Shown here: in pieces, positions 19,037-29,340 of the stretch
How the letters are laid out: each line of letters begins with the position of its first letter
Position numbering within the stretch: the first letter of the stretch is position 1
Origin: Thermoanaerobaculia bacterium
GTDB lineage: Bacteria > Acidobacteriota > Thermoanaerobaculia > Multivoradales > JAHEKO01
DNA: 64,000 nucleotides
Assembly: GCA_947259725.1 (NCBI GenBank)
Contig: CAMYNM010000001.1
Coordinates: forward strand, 136,190 to 200,189
Reading direction: 5' to 3'
Notes under the pieces: generated by a model
What the model was told of the DNA's origin: nothing
What the model saw: only the letters and a program-made list of their open reading frames with translations
Databases searched by the model: none
Made by a program: the position numbers and the translations under genes

Positions 19037-19717
19037 CTACCAGCCGCCCCTTGCCTTCAACGAGACCCAGCGCTCACCTCCGCCCAGGATCAGGTGATCC
19101 AGAAGCTCAATGCCGACGACTCGCCCGGCCTCCGCCAAACGACGAGTGAACGCCAGATCTTCGGCACTCGGCGACGGATCGCCACTCGGGTGGGTATGGA
19201 AGATCACCAGCCGCGCCGCGTCGGCGAGCAGGGCCTTCTTGAGCAATTGCCGCGGCGAGACCGCCGCCCGCTGCAGGGTGCCCCGAAAGACCTCTGCCTC
19301 GCCCACCAGGCGGTTCTTGGCGTCCAGAAACAACGCTCCCAGGATTTCCTGGCCCTGGCGGGCATACCGGAGTCGCAGATAGCGCGCGACGCAATCCGGC
19401 CGGTTGAGCAGGTCCTGCTCGGGCAGTTCGCTTCTGGCCAGTCTCCGTCCCAGCTCCACCGCGGCCAGCAGCGCCGCACTCTTGGCCGGACCGATTCCCG
19501 GTCGCCGCAGCCGATCCGGATCGATTCCGACCAACCCGGCGAGGCCGGATCGCTCCCGAAGGAGATCGCGCGCCATATCCAGAGCCGAACGGCCGGCGCC
19601 TCCGGTTCGGAGCAGAATCGCCAGAAGCTCGCTGTCCGCCAGCGCCCCTCCACCGTTGGCCAGCAGGCGCTCCCGGGGCCGCTCGGATGTGTCGAGGTCG
19701 CAGATCAGGCCGGGCAT
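19037..19717 (-). CDS. radC: RadC/UPF0758 JAB-domain protein
   Basis: ERPRERLL..G...L.D.ELLAILL; HhH GIGPAK; HTHPSGDPSPSAED; LLDHLI. Confidence 0.93.
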   Translation of the reverse strand: MPGLICDLDTSERPRERLLANGGGALADSELLAILLRTGGAGRSALDMARDLLRERSGLAGLVGIDPDRLRRPGIGPAKSAALLAAVELGRRLARSELPEQDLLNRPDCVARYLRLRYARQGQEILGALFLDAKNRLVGEAEVFRGTLQRAAVSPRQLLKKALLADAARLVIFHTHPSGDPSPSAEDLAFTRRLAEAGRVVGIELLDHLILGGGERWVSLKARGGW

Positions 19718-19806
19718 ACAGAGGATAGAGACGCCCCCGACTTCGCTCTTCTGGCGTTGGCGGGGCAGAAGCGGAGGTCGCTCGACACGGCGATCGACCG
19801 CTACAA

Positions 19807-19821
19807 GACCCGTGGAAGAAC
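19807..19821 (-). promoter_or_regulatory. Possible LexA (SOS) box upstream of radC
   Basis: GTTC-N7-GGTC on the minus strand, one mismatch to the GTTC-N7-GTTC box known for Acidobacterium and alphaproteobacterial LexA. Confidence 0.3.
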
Positions 19822-19830
19822 CAGTCGGGA

Positions 19831-19855
19831 GGGGACACCAAGGAATGGTGTCCCC
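19831..19855. repeat. Perfect 10-bp inverted repeat (hairpin) between the SDR gene and radC
   Basis: GGGGACACCA-AGGAA-TGGTGTCCCC; no U tract. Confidence 0.55.
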
Positions 19856-19865
19856 GATGACTCGA

Positions 19866-20621
19866 TTAGCCGCAGAGGACGCTGCCGCCGTTGACGTTGA
19901 GGATCTCGCCGGTGATGTGCCGCGCGAGCGGCGAAGCCAAGAAGAGCACGGCTCCGGCGATGTCCTCGGCGGTCGCCACACGGGCGAGCGGGATGGATTT
20001 TTCGATGGCCTCGCGCCCGCCCCCTTGGTAGGCGCCGGCCGACATGTCGGTATCGACCCACCCGGGAGCCACAGAATTCACCCGGATCGCGGGTGCCAGC
20101 TCCGAGGCCCACGACTTGGTCATCGAGATCAGCGCGCCCTTGCTGGCGGCATAGGGGCTGTGAAACGCCTCGCCGCGCTGGCCGGCGGTGGAGCTGATGT
20201 TGACGATCGACGGATCCTCGGAAGCCCGAAGTAGTCCCAGGGCGGCCTGAGTCGTCCAGAAGACCCCGTCGACGTTGAGCCTCCAGGTCCCTTCGAGCCG
20301 TGCCTCATCCAAGGTAGCAAGCTCATTGCGTACCCAGACGCCGGCATTGTTGACCAGGCAATCCAAGTCGGACCAGGTCGCCGCGACGCGATCGATGAGG
20401 CCTGCGGCCTGGGACCTTTCCGACAGGTCGGCGCCGCTCATCGCGTGAGGCGCACCCGCCGGCTTCGCCAGGCCGTCCGAGACCTCCCGGGCCGCGCTTT
20501 CGTTCGAGCCGTAGTGGACCCACACCGACGCACCCGCGCGCGCGAAAAGACGGCAGCACGCGGCGCCGATCCCACGGCTGCCGCCGGTCACCAGGACTTT
20601 CCGGCCGGCCAGCTCGATCAT
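19866..20621 (-). CDS. Short-chain dehydrogenase/reductase (FabG-like)
   Basis: TGGSRGIG, NNAG, YAASK, NSVAPG. Confidence 0.92.
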   Translation of the reverse strand: MIELAGRKVLVTGGSRGIGAACCRLFARAGASVWVHYGSNESAAREVSDGLAKPAGAPHAMSGADLSERSQAAGLIDRVAATWSDLDCLVNNAGVWVRNELATLDEARLEGTWRLNVDGVFWTTQAALGLLRASEDPSIVNISSTAGQRGEAFHSPYAASKGALISMTKSWASELAPAIRVNSVAPGWVDTDMSAGAYQGGGREAIEKSIPLARVATAEDIAGAVLFLASPLARHITGEILNVNGGSVLCG

Positions 20622-20623
20622 GC

Positions 20624-21832
20624 TCAGCCCGCCGATTCGACGACGATCGCGATGCCCTGGCCGCCGCCGATACAGGCGGACGCCACGCCGACGCCGCCGC
20701 CCCGGCGCCCGAGCTCCTTGAGCAGGGTCAAAGTGATCCGGGTGCCGGTGGCTCCGAGGGGATGACCGAGCGCGATCGCCCCGCCGTTCACGTTGAGCTT
20801 GGCCACATCGAGATCGAGCTCCTTGACGCAGGCCAGGATCTGGCCGGCGAAGGCTTCGTTGATCTCGATCAGGTCGAAGTCGCCGATCTCCATACCGGCT
20901 CGCTCGGCCGCGGCGCGCATCGCCGGCGCCGGACCGATCCCCATACGTGAGGGATCCACGCCGACCACCGCCCACGACTTGATGCGCCCGAGCGGAGTCT
21001 TACCCCACTCGGCGGCCTTTTCCTCGGTGGCAAGCAGCATCATGGCGGCGCCGTCCACGATCCCGGAGGCATTGCCGGCCGTAACGAAGCTGTCGTCGCC
21101 GAAGACCGTCGGCAGACGAGCGAGAGTCTCCATGGTCGTCTCGGGCCGCAGATGCTCATCGCGCTCGAGAGTCCGAGCCCGCTTGCCCTTGCCGACCTCG
21201 ATGGGCGTGACCTCCTCCGCGAGCCTACCGGCGTCCCATGCCGCCGCGGCCCGCTGCTGGCTCGTCACCGCGAACTGGTCCTGCTCTTCCCGCGAGATAT
21301 CGTAGTCGCGGGCCAGGTTGTTGCTGGTCTGCGCCATGTAGCAGCCGCAGTAGGGGTCCAGGAGCGATGCCATCAAGAGGTCCTCGAGCTTGCCCTGGCC
21401 GATCCCGAAGCCCTGCCGCGCGCCCCAGATCACGTGTGGGGCCTGGCTCATGCTCTCGATTCCGCCCACCAGGCAGGTTTCGCCCTCGCCGTTGAGGATC
21501 ACGTGGGCGCCGCTGACGATCGCCTGAATGCCCGAGCCGCAGAGTCGATTCACGGTCAGCGCCGGGACCTCCTGGGGCACACCCGACTTGAGCGCCACGT
21601 GGCGCGCTCCGTAGATCGCGTCGCGAGAGGTCTGCAGCGCGTTGCCGACGATCGAATGGTCGACTTCGCTGGGTGACACGCCGGCGCGCTCGAATAGGGC
21701 CTTGGCTGCATGCGCACCCAGATCGATGGCCGACACTCCGGCCAGCGATTGGTTGAACTCACCCATCGGTGTGCGTACCCCGTCGACCAGAACCAGGTTT
21801 TTCGTCAATTTCATGTCCGAGTGCTCCTTCAC
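20624..21832 (-). CDS. Acetyl-CoA C-acyltransferase (thiolase)
   Basis: NRLCGSG, NEAF, GHPLG, ACIGGG; start may instead be ATG 21814. Confidence 0.95.
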   Translation of the reverse strand: MKEHSDMKLTKNLVLVDGVRTPMGEFNQSLAGVSAIDLGAHAAKALFERAGVSPSEVDHSIVGNALQTSRDAIYGARHVALKSGVPQEVPALTVNRLCGSGIQAIVSGAHVILNGEGETCLVGGIESMSQAPHVIWGARQGFGIGQGKLEDLLMASLLDPYCGCYMAQTSNNLARDYDISREEQDQFAVTSQQRAAAAWDAGRLAEEVTPIEVGKGKRARTLERDEHLRPETTMETLARLPTVFGDDSFVTAGNASGIVDGAAMMLLATEEKAAEWGKTPLGRIKSWAVVGVDPSRMGIGPAPAMRAAAERAGMEIGDFDLIEINEAFAGQILACVKELDLDVAKLNVNGGAIALGHPLGATGTRITLTLLKELGRRGGGVGVASACIGGGQGIAIVVESAG

Positions 21833-21905
21833 ACCGCGATGTTAGTCGAGTTCCGATCCTGCTAACCCGAGCTCGGGCTCGGAGATTCCCGGCGGTCGCC
21901 GGCGC

Positions 21906-22937
21906 TCATGTGCTCACCTCGAGGAACCGAGCTCGCCATTCCACCAACGAAACCGAGACCGAGCTGCGGTGAGCCAGAAGAACTCGAATCTCCTTGGTTT
22001 CGGGCGAGAACCAGGCTCCACCCCCGGTAAAGCCGGTGTGACCGTACCAGAGTCCCGAACGCCCGGCTGCCGCCGGTGGGCTCCGCCGCCAGCCCAGGGC
22101 GAACTCGCCGCGGCCCCCGAGCGCCCGCTCGACCTGCCGGCACTCGAGAAGCGCGCCGGGCTCGACCCACTCCGCGGCCAGTCGCCAAATCGCCCGCGCC
22201 GATCCGAACAGGCCCGCGTGCCCCGCGGGCCCACCCAGAAAACGGGCGTTGCCATCCTGGATCGCGCCGATGCTCGGTGCTCTCCGGAGCCCGATGTCGA
22301 TCCCCTGCGCCCGCGCCAGCTGCCGCTCCCGTTGATTGCCGAGCCGGCATTCGACCGCCGCCGGCATGTCGCCGGGCGGCTCCGAAAGACCGCGCAGACC
22401 CAGAGGCCGGACGATCCGCTCCTCCACCAGAGAACCCAAAGACCGCTCGGTCACGGCTTCGACGAGGAGACCCCAGAGGATGTAGCCGAGATCGCTGTAG
22501 GTCGCGGGCGCAGCTCCGAGAAGATCGGGGCTCGACGTCAGCAGTTCGACCGCTTCCTCGGGGCGTCGACAACGCGCGAACAGCGGCGCCCAGGCGGTCA
22601 GCCCGGAGCGATGCCGCAGAAGCGTTACGAGCCTGCGGGAGCGCAGGCTCGGGTCGATTTCGAAGCCCGAGCCGTGCAGGACCCGACCCACTGATGCCCT
22701 GGTCGAGAGGCCGCCCGAGCGCTCCAAAGCCAGGGCCAGGGTCGCTGTCACGGGCTTGGTGAGCGACGCCAGATCGAAAAGGCTGGAGGTGGTGACCCGC
22801 CCCGAGCGCCGTCGGCGCTTGACGCCCACCCCACCTTCCCGAGCGATCCCCCGGGCGTCTCCGAGCACCGCCGCGGCGGCGGTCACGGCACCCGAGGCGT
22901 GAAGCTCGGAAAGGAAGCTCTGGAGTCCCTGCGCCAC
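21906..22937 (-). CDS. Serine hydrolase, beta-lactamase class C-like family
   Basis: FDLASLTK (SxxK), LLRHRSGL, YSDLGY, GHAGLF, GHTGFTG. Confidence 0.88.
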   Translation of the reverse strand: MAQGLQSFLSELHASGAVTAAAAVLGDARGIAREGGVGVKRRRRSGRVTTSSLFDLASLTKPVTATLALALERSGGLSTRASVGRVLHGSGFEIDPSLRSRRLVTLLRHRSGLTAWAPLFARCRRPEEAVELLTSSPDLLGAAPATYSDLGYILWGLLVEAVTERSLGSLVEERIVRPLGLRGLSEPPGDMPAAVECRLGNQRERQLARAQGIDIGLRRAPSIGAIQDGNARFLGGPAGHAGLFGSARAIWRLAAEWVEPGALLECRQVERALGGRGEFALGWRRSPPAAAGRSGLWYGHTGFTGGGAWFSPETKEIRVLLAHRSSVSVSLVEWRARFLEVST

Positions 22938-22940
22938 GGG

Positions 22941-24080
22941 TTATCCGTAGTTGGCCGGATGGCCGGTTTGCAAGATCACCACGCGATCGGCGCGGTCGAT
23001 GACTCCGTCGGCGACCAGCCGCTCGAGGGCGACCCAACACGCCGCGCCTTCGGGTCCCCAGTCGAGTCCCGTTGCACTCGGCAGATCTCTGACCGCCATT
23101 TCTACCTCCTCCTCTGCGACGGCCACCGCCGTGCCGCCGGTCGCCCGCAGAGCGCGGAGGATCAGAAAGTCTCCCACCGCACGGGGCACCCTGAGGCCCC
23201 AGACGCGAGTTCGCGGATCCGGCCACGGCTCGGCGTCGTCCCGGCCCTCCGCGAACGCCTTGACGATCGGCGCGCAGCCGGCCATCTGGACCGAGACCAT
23301 GCGGGGTCGCCTCGAGCCCACCAGGCCGAGCGCCTCGAGCTCGTCGAAGGCCTTGGGAATCCCGATCAGGCCTGTGCCGCCGCCGGTCGGATACAGGATC
23401 CACTCGGGCGGGCTCCAGCCGAACTGCTCCGCGAGCTCGAAGCCCATCGTCTTCTTGCCTTCCAGCCGGTAGGGCTCTCGCAACGTCGAGACGTCCAGGA
23501 GCTCGGGCGCCTGTTCCGCCAGCCAGGCCCCCGACTCGACCAAGGTCGTCCCGATGGCGTCGACCCGAGCTCCGTATGAGCGGACCTTCGCGATGACGCT
23601 TTCCGGCGTGTCCGCCGGCACGGCCACCCGGCACGGCAGCCCGCAGGCGGCTGCATAGGCCGCGGCGGCGATCGCCGCGTTGCCGGCGCTGGGCAGCCGC
23701 ACTCCCGGAGCTCCCAGTTCGCGCGCCCGGTTGAGCGCCATCGAGAGACCTCTCGCCTTGAAGGAGCCGGTCGGATTGCCAGCCTCCTGCTTTACCCAGA
23801 CCCGGCCACCCAGGGCGGCTTCTCCGGACAGGGCCACCAACGGCGTGCCACCCTCACCGAGATCGGCGCGGTCCTCGGGACGGTCCAGGGGCAAGAGCTC
23901 CCGGTAGCGCCACATGGTCCACGGACGATGTGTCAGGGCGCGCTGCAACTGCCGCCCACGCTCCGTCTCGAGTTCGTATTCGACCAGCCAGGGAGCGCCG
24001 ACAGCCGAGAGGTTGTGCAGCTCGGTCAGGCGCTCTCTCTCCCCGGAGCGTGAACACACGAGTCCCGTAGCCCAATTCAC
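22941..24080 (-). CDS. thrC: Threonine synthase-like PLP enzyme
   Basis: LGEGGTPL, NPTGSFKARG, SAGNA, EGKKTMGFE, YPTGGGTG; GTG 24080 after GGGAG. Confidence 0.85.
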   Translation of the reverse strand: MNWATGLVCSRSGERERLTELHNLSAVGAPWLVEYELETERGRQLQRALTHRPWTMWRYRELLPLDRPEDRADLGEGGTPLVALSGEAALGGRVWVKQEAGNPTGSFKARGLSMALNRARELGAPGVRLPSAGNAAIAAAAYAAACGLPCRVAVPADTPESVIAKVRSYGARVDAIGTTLVESGAWLAEQAPELLDVSTLREPYRLEGKKTMGFELAEQFGWSPPEWILYPTGGGTGLIGIPKAFDELEALGLVGSRRPRMVSVQMAGCAPIVKAFAEGRDDAEPWPDPRTRVWGLRVPRAVGDFLILRALRATGGTAVAVAEEEVEMAVRDLPSATGLDWGPEGAACWVALERLVADGVIDRADRVVILQTGHPANYG

Positions 24081-24224
24081 TTTGTATCTCCCTACTGGCG
24101 TTCCCTGCGTTCGAGCGCTCGCCTGCCGCACGTGGCGCAGTGGCGATTGTCACATTCGGGCAATCTATCAGCGGCTACGATCAGGGTGCCGGGAACCGCG
24201 CTCTTCGGCCCGGCGCGTCGGACC

Positions 24225-26267
24225 ATGAGTCAGAAAGCCACCTTCGAAACTGCCCGGATCCCGGCCGAAGCGCTGGTCGATCCGGGCAATGGACCGGCCG
24301 GCGAGCTCCAGCGCCTCGACCGTTACGAGCTCAAGAAACAGCTCAACAAGGGCGGCTTCGCCACGGTCTACGAGGCCTACGACCCGCGAATCAAGCGCTC
24401 GGTGGCGGTCAAGAAGTGCTCGTCGCTGGATGAGGAAAACCACGAACGATTCTTCCGCGAGGCAGAGATCGCTGGCAACCTGAGCCACCCGAACATCGTG
24501 CGGATTTTCGATTTCGGAGTGGCCGACGGGATCCCGTTCATCGTCCAGGAGCTCCTGGGCGGCAAGGATCTGACCGACTGGATCGAATCAGGACTCGAGC
24601 TCTCGACCTATGACCGCGTCCGGATTCTGCTGCAAGTATCTGACGGGCTTGCGTACGCCCATTCTCGCGACGTCATTCATCGCGACGTCAAGCCGGGCAA
24701 TGTCCGGGTGCTCGAGGACGGCTCGATCAAGCTTCTGGATTTCGGGGTCGCGGCCATCCAGGAGGCGCCCTCCGACCTGACCCAGGCCGGCACCACGGTC
24801 GGGACCGCAGCCTATCTCGCCCCCGAGCAGATTCGCGGTGAGCGGCCCGGCCGTGCCACGGACCTCTTCTCTTTCGGAGTCATGGCCTACGAGCTGCTCT
24901 CGGGGCATCGACCCTTCGAAGGCGAGACTCTCTCGGCCGTGCTCTACCAGATCGCCCATCAGCAGCCCGAGGAGCTGCGGGCCGGAGCGATTCCCAACCG
25001 TCTGGTTCGCCTGGTCCACCGCTGCCTCGCCAAGGATGCAAGGCAGCGCCCCGACGGTTTTGACGAGGTTGTCGCCGAACTCGAGGAAGTGCTCCGCGAT
25101 CCCCGATTGGCACCACCTTCGGCGGACACGGTGCCGATCCAGACCCACCCGCAAGCGCCTCCGTCCGCGTTCCGGCCGGCCGCCGCTCGCGCTCACCGGC
25201 AGCCCTCGCGACCGTTACCCACACGCCCACGGGTGCCGAGGTTCTCCGAGCAGCCCTTGGATGGCCCCAGACCTCCACTGCGGAACTCTTCGGCTCGCAT
25301 TCAGGTCGCGCGCCGCCGGAGGCGCAAGGGCAAGGCACTCGCGACCCTGGCGCTTCTGCTGGTGGCCGGCGCGACGTTCGTGGTGCTCGGAGGACCGCTC
25401 CCCGAGCCGGTCTCGGGCGTCGTCGGCCGGGCGGCCGACCTGCTGCCGCCCGAAGTGCGTGACTGGGTCGATTCCATCGGCCCGACGCGGACCACCGCAA
25501 ATCGCGGGCCGGCGGCGCCCGGAGCTCTGGCCGGAAATCCGGCCGAGGCTGAGGTCGCCGGTACCACATCTCAGCAGAAGCTCGGAACGGACTCGATGCC
25601 CACCGAAGCGGCCGATCCCGACGAGGCTGTGACGCAGCCCGCCTCCGAAGCGACGTCGGGTCCCGCTCCGGATCCAGTCTCCGCGGCGGTGGCCGCCCTG
25701 GAGGCTCGGCGCCAGCCTCGCCGAGGGGATGCGCCCGCGCCCGGCCGGACGGCGCGACGTTCGAGCTCTTCCGCGCCCGCGACCGTGTTCCTGCCTCCCA
25801 GCTGGCATCCCCAGATGATGGTCTCGATCGACGGCGGTGCCTTCCAGGCTCTGGACCGGCGCCGGATGCAGGAGCTGCGCCCGGGCACCCACCAGCTGAC
25901 CTTCTGGCTCAACACCCTGTCCTACCAGGCACGCCGTACCCTGGACTTCGAGTTCGAGCCCGGGGAGACGCGAACCGTCGAGTCGCCGCTCGCTCCTCCG
26001 GCCGCTCTTCGCATCGCGCTGGAACCGGAAACCCTGGCGGCGCGCGTCGAGATCGACGGCCGCACGGTCAAGCTGCCGCTGGACGGTCTGGAGGTGCTCG
26101 AGCCCGGCAACCACCGGCTGACGCTTTACGCCTCGCCGGCAGATCCCCTCGGACCGCTGACCAAGATGGTCGAGCTGCACGCCGCCACCGTTCACCAGGT
26201 CACCTTCGACATGCGCCGGCGACGGGCCTTGCTCGAAACCCGCGAAGCCTACAAATGGGACGGCTAG
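24225..26267 (+). CDS. Membrane Ser/Thr protein kinase with PEGA-like extracellular region
   Basis: GGFATVY, HRDVKPGN, DFG, YLAPE; one TM helix; Pro/Ala linker. Confidence 0.9.
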   Translation: MSQKATFETARIPAEALVDPGNGPAGELQRLDRYELKKQLNKGGFATVYEAYDPRIKRSVAVKKCSSLDEENHERFFREAEIAGNLSHPNIVRIFDFGVADGIPFIVQELLGGKDLTDWIESGLELSTYDRVRILLQVSDGLAYAHSRDVIHRDVKPGNVRVLEDGSIKLLDFGVAAIQEAPSDLTQAGTTVGTAAYLAPEQIRGERPGRATDLFSFGVMAYELLSGHRPFEGETLSAVLYQIAHQQPEELRAGAIPNRLVRLVHRCLAKDARQRPDGFDEVVAELEEVLRDPRLAPPSADTVPIQTHPQAPPSAFRPAAARAHRQPSRPLPTRPRVPRFSEQPLDGPRPPLRNSSARIQVARRRRRKGKALATLALLLVAGATFVVLGGPLPEPVSGVVGRAADLLPPEVRDWVDSIGPTRTTANRGPAAPGALAGNPAEAEVAGTTSQQKLGTDSMPTEAADPDEAVTQPASEATSGPAPDPVSAAVAALEARRQPRRGDAPAPGRTARRSSSSAPATVFLPPSWHPQMMVSIDGGAFQALDRRRMQELRPGTHQLTFWLNTLSYQARRTLDFEFEPGETRTVESPLAPPAALRIALEPETLAARVEIDGRTVKLPLDGLEVLEPGNHRLTLYASPADPLGPLTKMVELHAATVHQVTFDMRRRRALLETREAYKWDG

Positions 26268-26280
26268 GCGGGCGCCGCTC

Positions 26281-27522
26281 TCAGGAACCTCGGGGCGTTC
26301 CGGCGCGCGACAAGCCGGCCACATAGCTTTCGCGGTAGCGACCCGCGACCGCGCCCCAGGTCAGCTCGCGCACCGCCTTGCGGCGGGCGTTGTCACCCAT
26401 CTCGCGAGCCCGGCCGAGCGCCGAGAGCAGTCCGGCCAGCGCAGAGCGGAGCTGCTCGGCGTTGCGCTCTTCCACCAGCGCCCCGTGAACGCCGTCCTCG
26501 ACCGCCAGCGGGATGCCGGAGATCCCCGAAGCCACCACTGGTAGACCCGAAGCCATGGCCTCCAAGATGACGTTGGGAAGGCCGTCGACGTTGCCCTTGA
26601 CGTCGTGCACCGCCGGCAGAACGAAAATATCCGAGGCACGGTAGAGATCCGGAAGAGTATCGCGTAACACTATTCCCGGGAGATGGACCCGGTCGCTCCA
26701 CCGCGCCGTTCGCTCACGGAAGGCGTCGAGCAGATCGCCCGCACCCGCAAGGCAAACATGGGCCGAGGGAAAGTCGTCGAGCAGGGCCGGGAGGACCTCC
26801 AACAGCACGTGAAACCCTTTCTTGGTCACCATCCGGCCGACCCCGAGCAGCAATGGCGCAGTCTCGGGAACCCCTAATCGATCCCTCCATTCCCGGCCCC
26901 GCTCGCGGTCCGGCGAGAAAGTCTCGACGTCGACGCCGTAAGGAATCACGCTCGCTCGAGCACGCGGGAAACCAAGGGCACAGACCCTGTCGACCAATTC
27001 CGGCGAGCAGCCGGTCAGAAAGCTCGAGCGAGCGAGCGACCGACCGACCAGGCTACGCACGCCGCCACGCTCGGCAAGAAAGACGTCGCTACCGTGCAGG
27101 CCGGGACCGATCGCGAGGCGTTTTGCGAACGGCGCCGCGACCAGCGCGTTGGGCACGACCCAATGCGCGTGCAGAAGGTCGAAGCTCTCTCTACTCAGCA
27201 TTCGCCGGATCTTTCGGCGCGCACTCAGAGCGTACAGAGGCGTCGCCAGGAACGCGGCCGCGCGAATCGACTCGTCGCGGTCCAGGCTGCGGCTGTAGCC
27301 GATCACCTCGATCGTCTCCGGCGCGTACCGGAAACTCTCGACGCGAACGCCGTCTACCTCCCAGGCGTCCGCTACGCCGCGGGAATGAGGCGTGAGCACC
27401 GTGACCTCGTCGCCTCCTGCGACCAGCCCTCGCGCGAGCTCTTGAATGAAGGGTCCCGCCGTGTCGTCGGCGAAGCGTGGAAAGGTCTGGGTAAGGAAGA
27501 GGACCTTCAGGCCACCGCTCAC
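26281..27522 (-). CDS. Glycosyltransferase family 4
   Basis: HAHW, GVGRMVTKKG, DGLPNVILEAMASGLPVV. Confidence 0.92.
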   Translation of the reverse strand: MSGGLKVLFLTQTFPRFADDTAGPFIQELARGLVAGGDEVTVLTPHSRGVADAWEVDGVRVESFRYAPETIEVIGYSRSLDRDESIRAAAFLATPLYALSARRKIRRMLSRESFDLLHAHWVVPNALVAAPFAKRLAIGPGLHGSDVFLAERGGVRSLVGRSLARSSFLTGCSPELVDRVCALGFPRARASVIPYGVDVETFSPDRERGREWRDRLGVPETAPLLLGVGRMVTKKGFHVLLEVLPALLDDFPSAHVCLAGAGDLLDAFRERTARWSDRVHLPGIVLRDTLPDLYRASDIFVLPAVHDVKGNVDGLPNVILEAMASGLPVVASGISGIPLAVEDGVHGALVEERNAEQLRSALAGLLSALGRAREMGDNARRKAVRELTWGAVAGRYRESYVAGLSRAGTPRGS

Positions 27523-28514
27523 CCGATCGTGTCCTTGACCGAGTACGAGTCGGTGCGATCGAAGTTCTTATAAGTGATCATCTCACCGAGCAGACCGGTG
27601 GTGAGAACCTGAATTCCGATCAACATCATGAGAACGCCGAGCAGCAGCAAGGGCCGGTTGGATAGATACTCGCTGTCGAGCCAGCGAACGAAGAGGTAGA
27701 AGTTGATGGCGAAACCGCCAAACAGCGAGAACAACCCTATGGCGCCGAACAGATGCAGCGGCCGGCGAGTGTATCTGGTGATGAAGAAAACCGTGATCAG
27801 ATCCAGCAGGCCTTTGTAGTAGCGGTCCCAGCCGTACTTGCTGACGCCGTGCTTGCGCGGATGATGCCGCACCACCAACTCGCCGACCCGAAAGCCTTTG
27901 CGGCTCGCCAGCACCGGAATGAACCGATGCAACTCGCCGTAAATCGCGATCTGGTCGAACACCTCTCGCCGATAGGCCTTGAAGCCGCAGTTGAAGTCGT
28001 GTAGGTCGAGGCTGCCCATGATTCGAGTCGCCCAGTTGAACAGCTTCGACGGATAGCGCTTCATAATCGGGTCGTGACGCTTCTTCTTCCACCCCGAAAC
28101 CAGCTCGAGGCCCTCCACCTCGAGCATGTCGAGAAATCGCGGAATCTCCTCGGGATCGTCCTGGAGGTCGCCGTCCATGGTGATCAGGATGTCGCCGCGG
28201 GAGACGTCGATTCCGGCACACAAGGCTGCCGCCTTGCCGAAGTTTCGGCGCAGCTGAACCAGCCGGACCCGGGGGTCTTCGCGATGGGCCTCACGCACGC
28301 GCTCGCTCGTCTGATCCGATGAGCCGTCGTCCACGAAGATGATCTCGAACTCCTTGCCGAGGCCATCCAGAACCCCGGCCGTCCTGGCAGCCAACGGCTG
28401 AATCGTTTCTTGTTCGTTGAGAACCGGCACCAGGACGCTGATGTCCAGGCGACCGCGGCCGGCGTCGAGGGCGGTCACGGTGTCATCCCGGTCGGCGGCG
28501 CGCTGCGGCTCCAT
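27519..28514 (-). CDS. Glycosyltransferase family 2 (polyprenyl-phosphate GT, ArnC/DPM-like)
   Basis: VPVLNE, DDGSSD, RRNFGK, MDGDLQDDP; two C-terminal TM helices. Confidence 0.92.
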   Translation of the reverse strand: MEPQRAADRDDTVTALDAGRGRLDISVLVPVLNEQETIQPLAARTAGVLDGLGKEFEIIFVDDGSSDQTSERVREAHREDPRVRLVQLRRNFGKAAALCAGIDVSRGDILITMDGDLQDDPEEIPRFLDMLEVEGLELVSGWKKKRHDPIMKRYPSKLFNWATRIMGSLDLHDFNCGFKAYRREVFDQIAIYGELHRFIPVLASRKGFRVGELVVRHHPRKHGVSKYGWDRYYKGLLDLITVFFITRYTRRPLHLFGAIGLFSLFGGFAINFYLFVRWLDSEYLSNRPLLLLGVLMMLIGIQVLTTGLLGEMITYKNFDRTDSYSVKDTIG

Positions 28515-28537
28515 GATTTGCCAATGTTAGCAGGCAT

Positions 28538-29263
28538 TTAGGCCCGATCAGAGCCGCCCCGGTCCCGCGCAGCGAGACGGTCGCGAACCACTTGCATGTC
28601 CTCCCAAGTCGGCCGCTTCCAGGCCGCGTTTCGGAGCAGCGCCGCCGGATGGTACGTCGCCCGAACCGGTACGCCCTTGAAACTGTGCCACTGTCCGCGC
28701 AAACGCCCCAGCGGCGCCGTCGTGTCCAGCAGATTCTGGGCCGCGACCCGGCCCAGTGCCACGATCACCCGCGGCCGAATGAGCTCGACCTGCCGCTCGA
28801 GAAAGCCACGGCAGGCCGCAGCCTCGTCAGTTTGCGGGTCGCGGTTCCGGGGTGGACGGCACTTGACCACGTTGGCGATGTAGACGTCCTCCCGCTGCAA
28901 GTCGATCGCCTGAATGATCTTGGTCAAGAGCTCCCCGGCCGGCCCCACGAACGGCAGGCCCTGGCGATCCTCCTCGGCGCCCGGCCCCTCTCCGATGAAC
29001 AGAAGGTCGGCATCCGGGTTGCCCGAACCAAAGACCACCCTGTTTCGCCCCTTACTCAGCCGGCACTCGGTGCAGCTCCGGGCCTCCTTGCCGACCTCGG
29101 CCAGGGCCTTGGCGCGCTCCTCGGCATCCGCGGCAGGAGCCTTCCGAACCGACTCGCTGGAGACCGAGGAGGGAGCCTCGAGTACCCTGGCCGAAAGGTC
29201 CTCGTAGCCGAGGTCTCGGAGGTACTCCAGCGCGTCAGCGAGGGATCGAGATAACTTTTCCAA
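28538..29263 (-). CDS. Uracil-DNA glycosylase family 4
   Basis: [33 protein letters not shown]. Confidence 0.93.
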   Translation of the reverse strand: MEKLSRSLADALEYLRDLGYEDLSARVLEAPSSVSSESVRKAPAADAEERAKALAEVGKEARSCTECRLSKGRNRVVFGSGNPDADLLFIGEGPGAEEDRQGLPFVGPAGELLTKIIQAIDLQREDVYIANVVKCRPPRNRDPQTDEAAACRGFLERQVELIRPRVIVALGRVAAQNLLDTTAPLGRLRGQWHSFKGVPVRATYHPAALLRNAAWKRPTWEDMQVVRDRLAARDRGGSDRA

Positions 29264-29340
29264 GCTGGCCTGGCGATCCTACAACTCGGCCCGAGCGAGA
29301 CCTGGCGGCCGAGGACGAGAACTTCGTTGCCGGTCCGCCC

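Noticed and set aside
19037-19717. radC as a marker of a mobile element
   Set aside because: Full-length chromosomal type with N-terminal HhH region, within core genes; no integrase nearby.
19819-19855. GTGTCCCC motif as a CRISPR repeat
   Set aside because: Only two dispersed copies, no regular spacers and no cas genes.
21841-21877. GTTAG...CTAAC and CCCGAGCTCGGG palindromes upstream of the thiolase
   Set aside because: Short, and expected by chance in GC-rich DNA; overlaps an ordinary -10 box.
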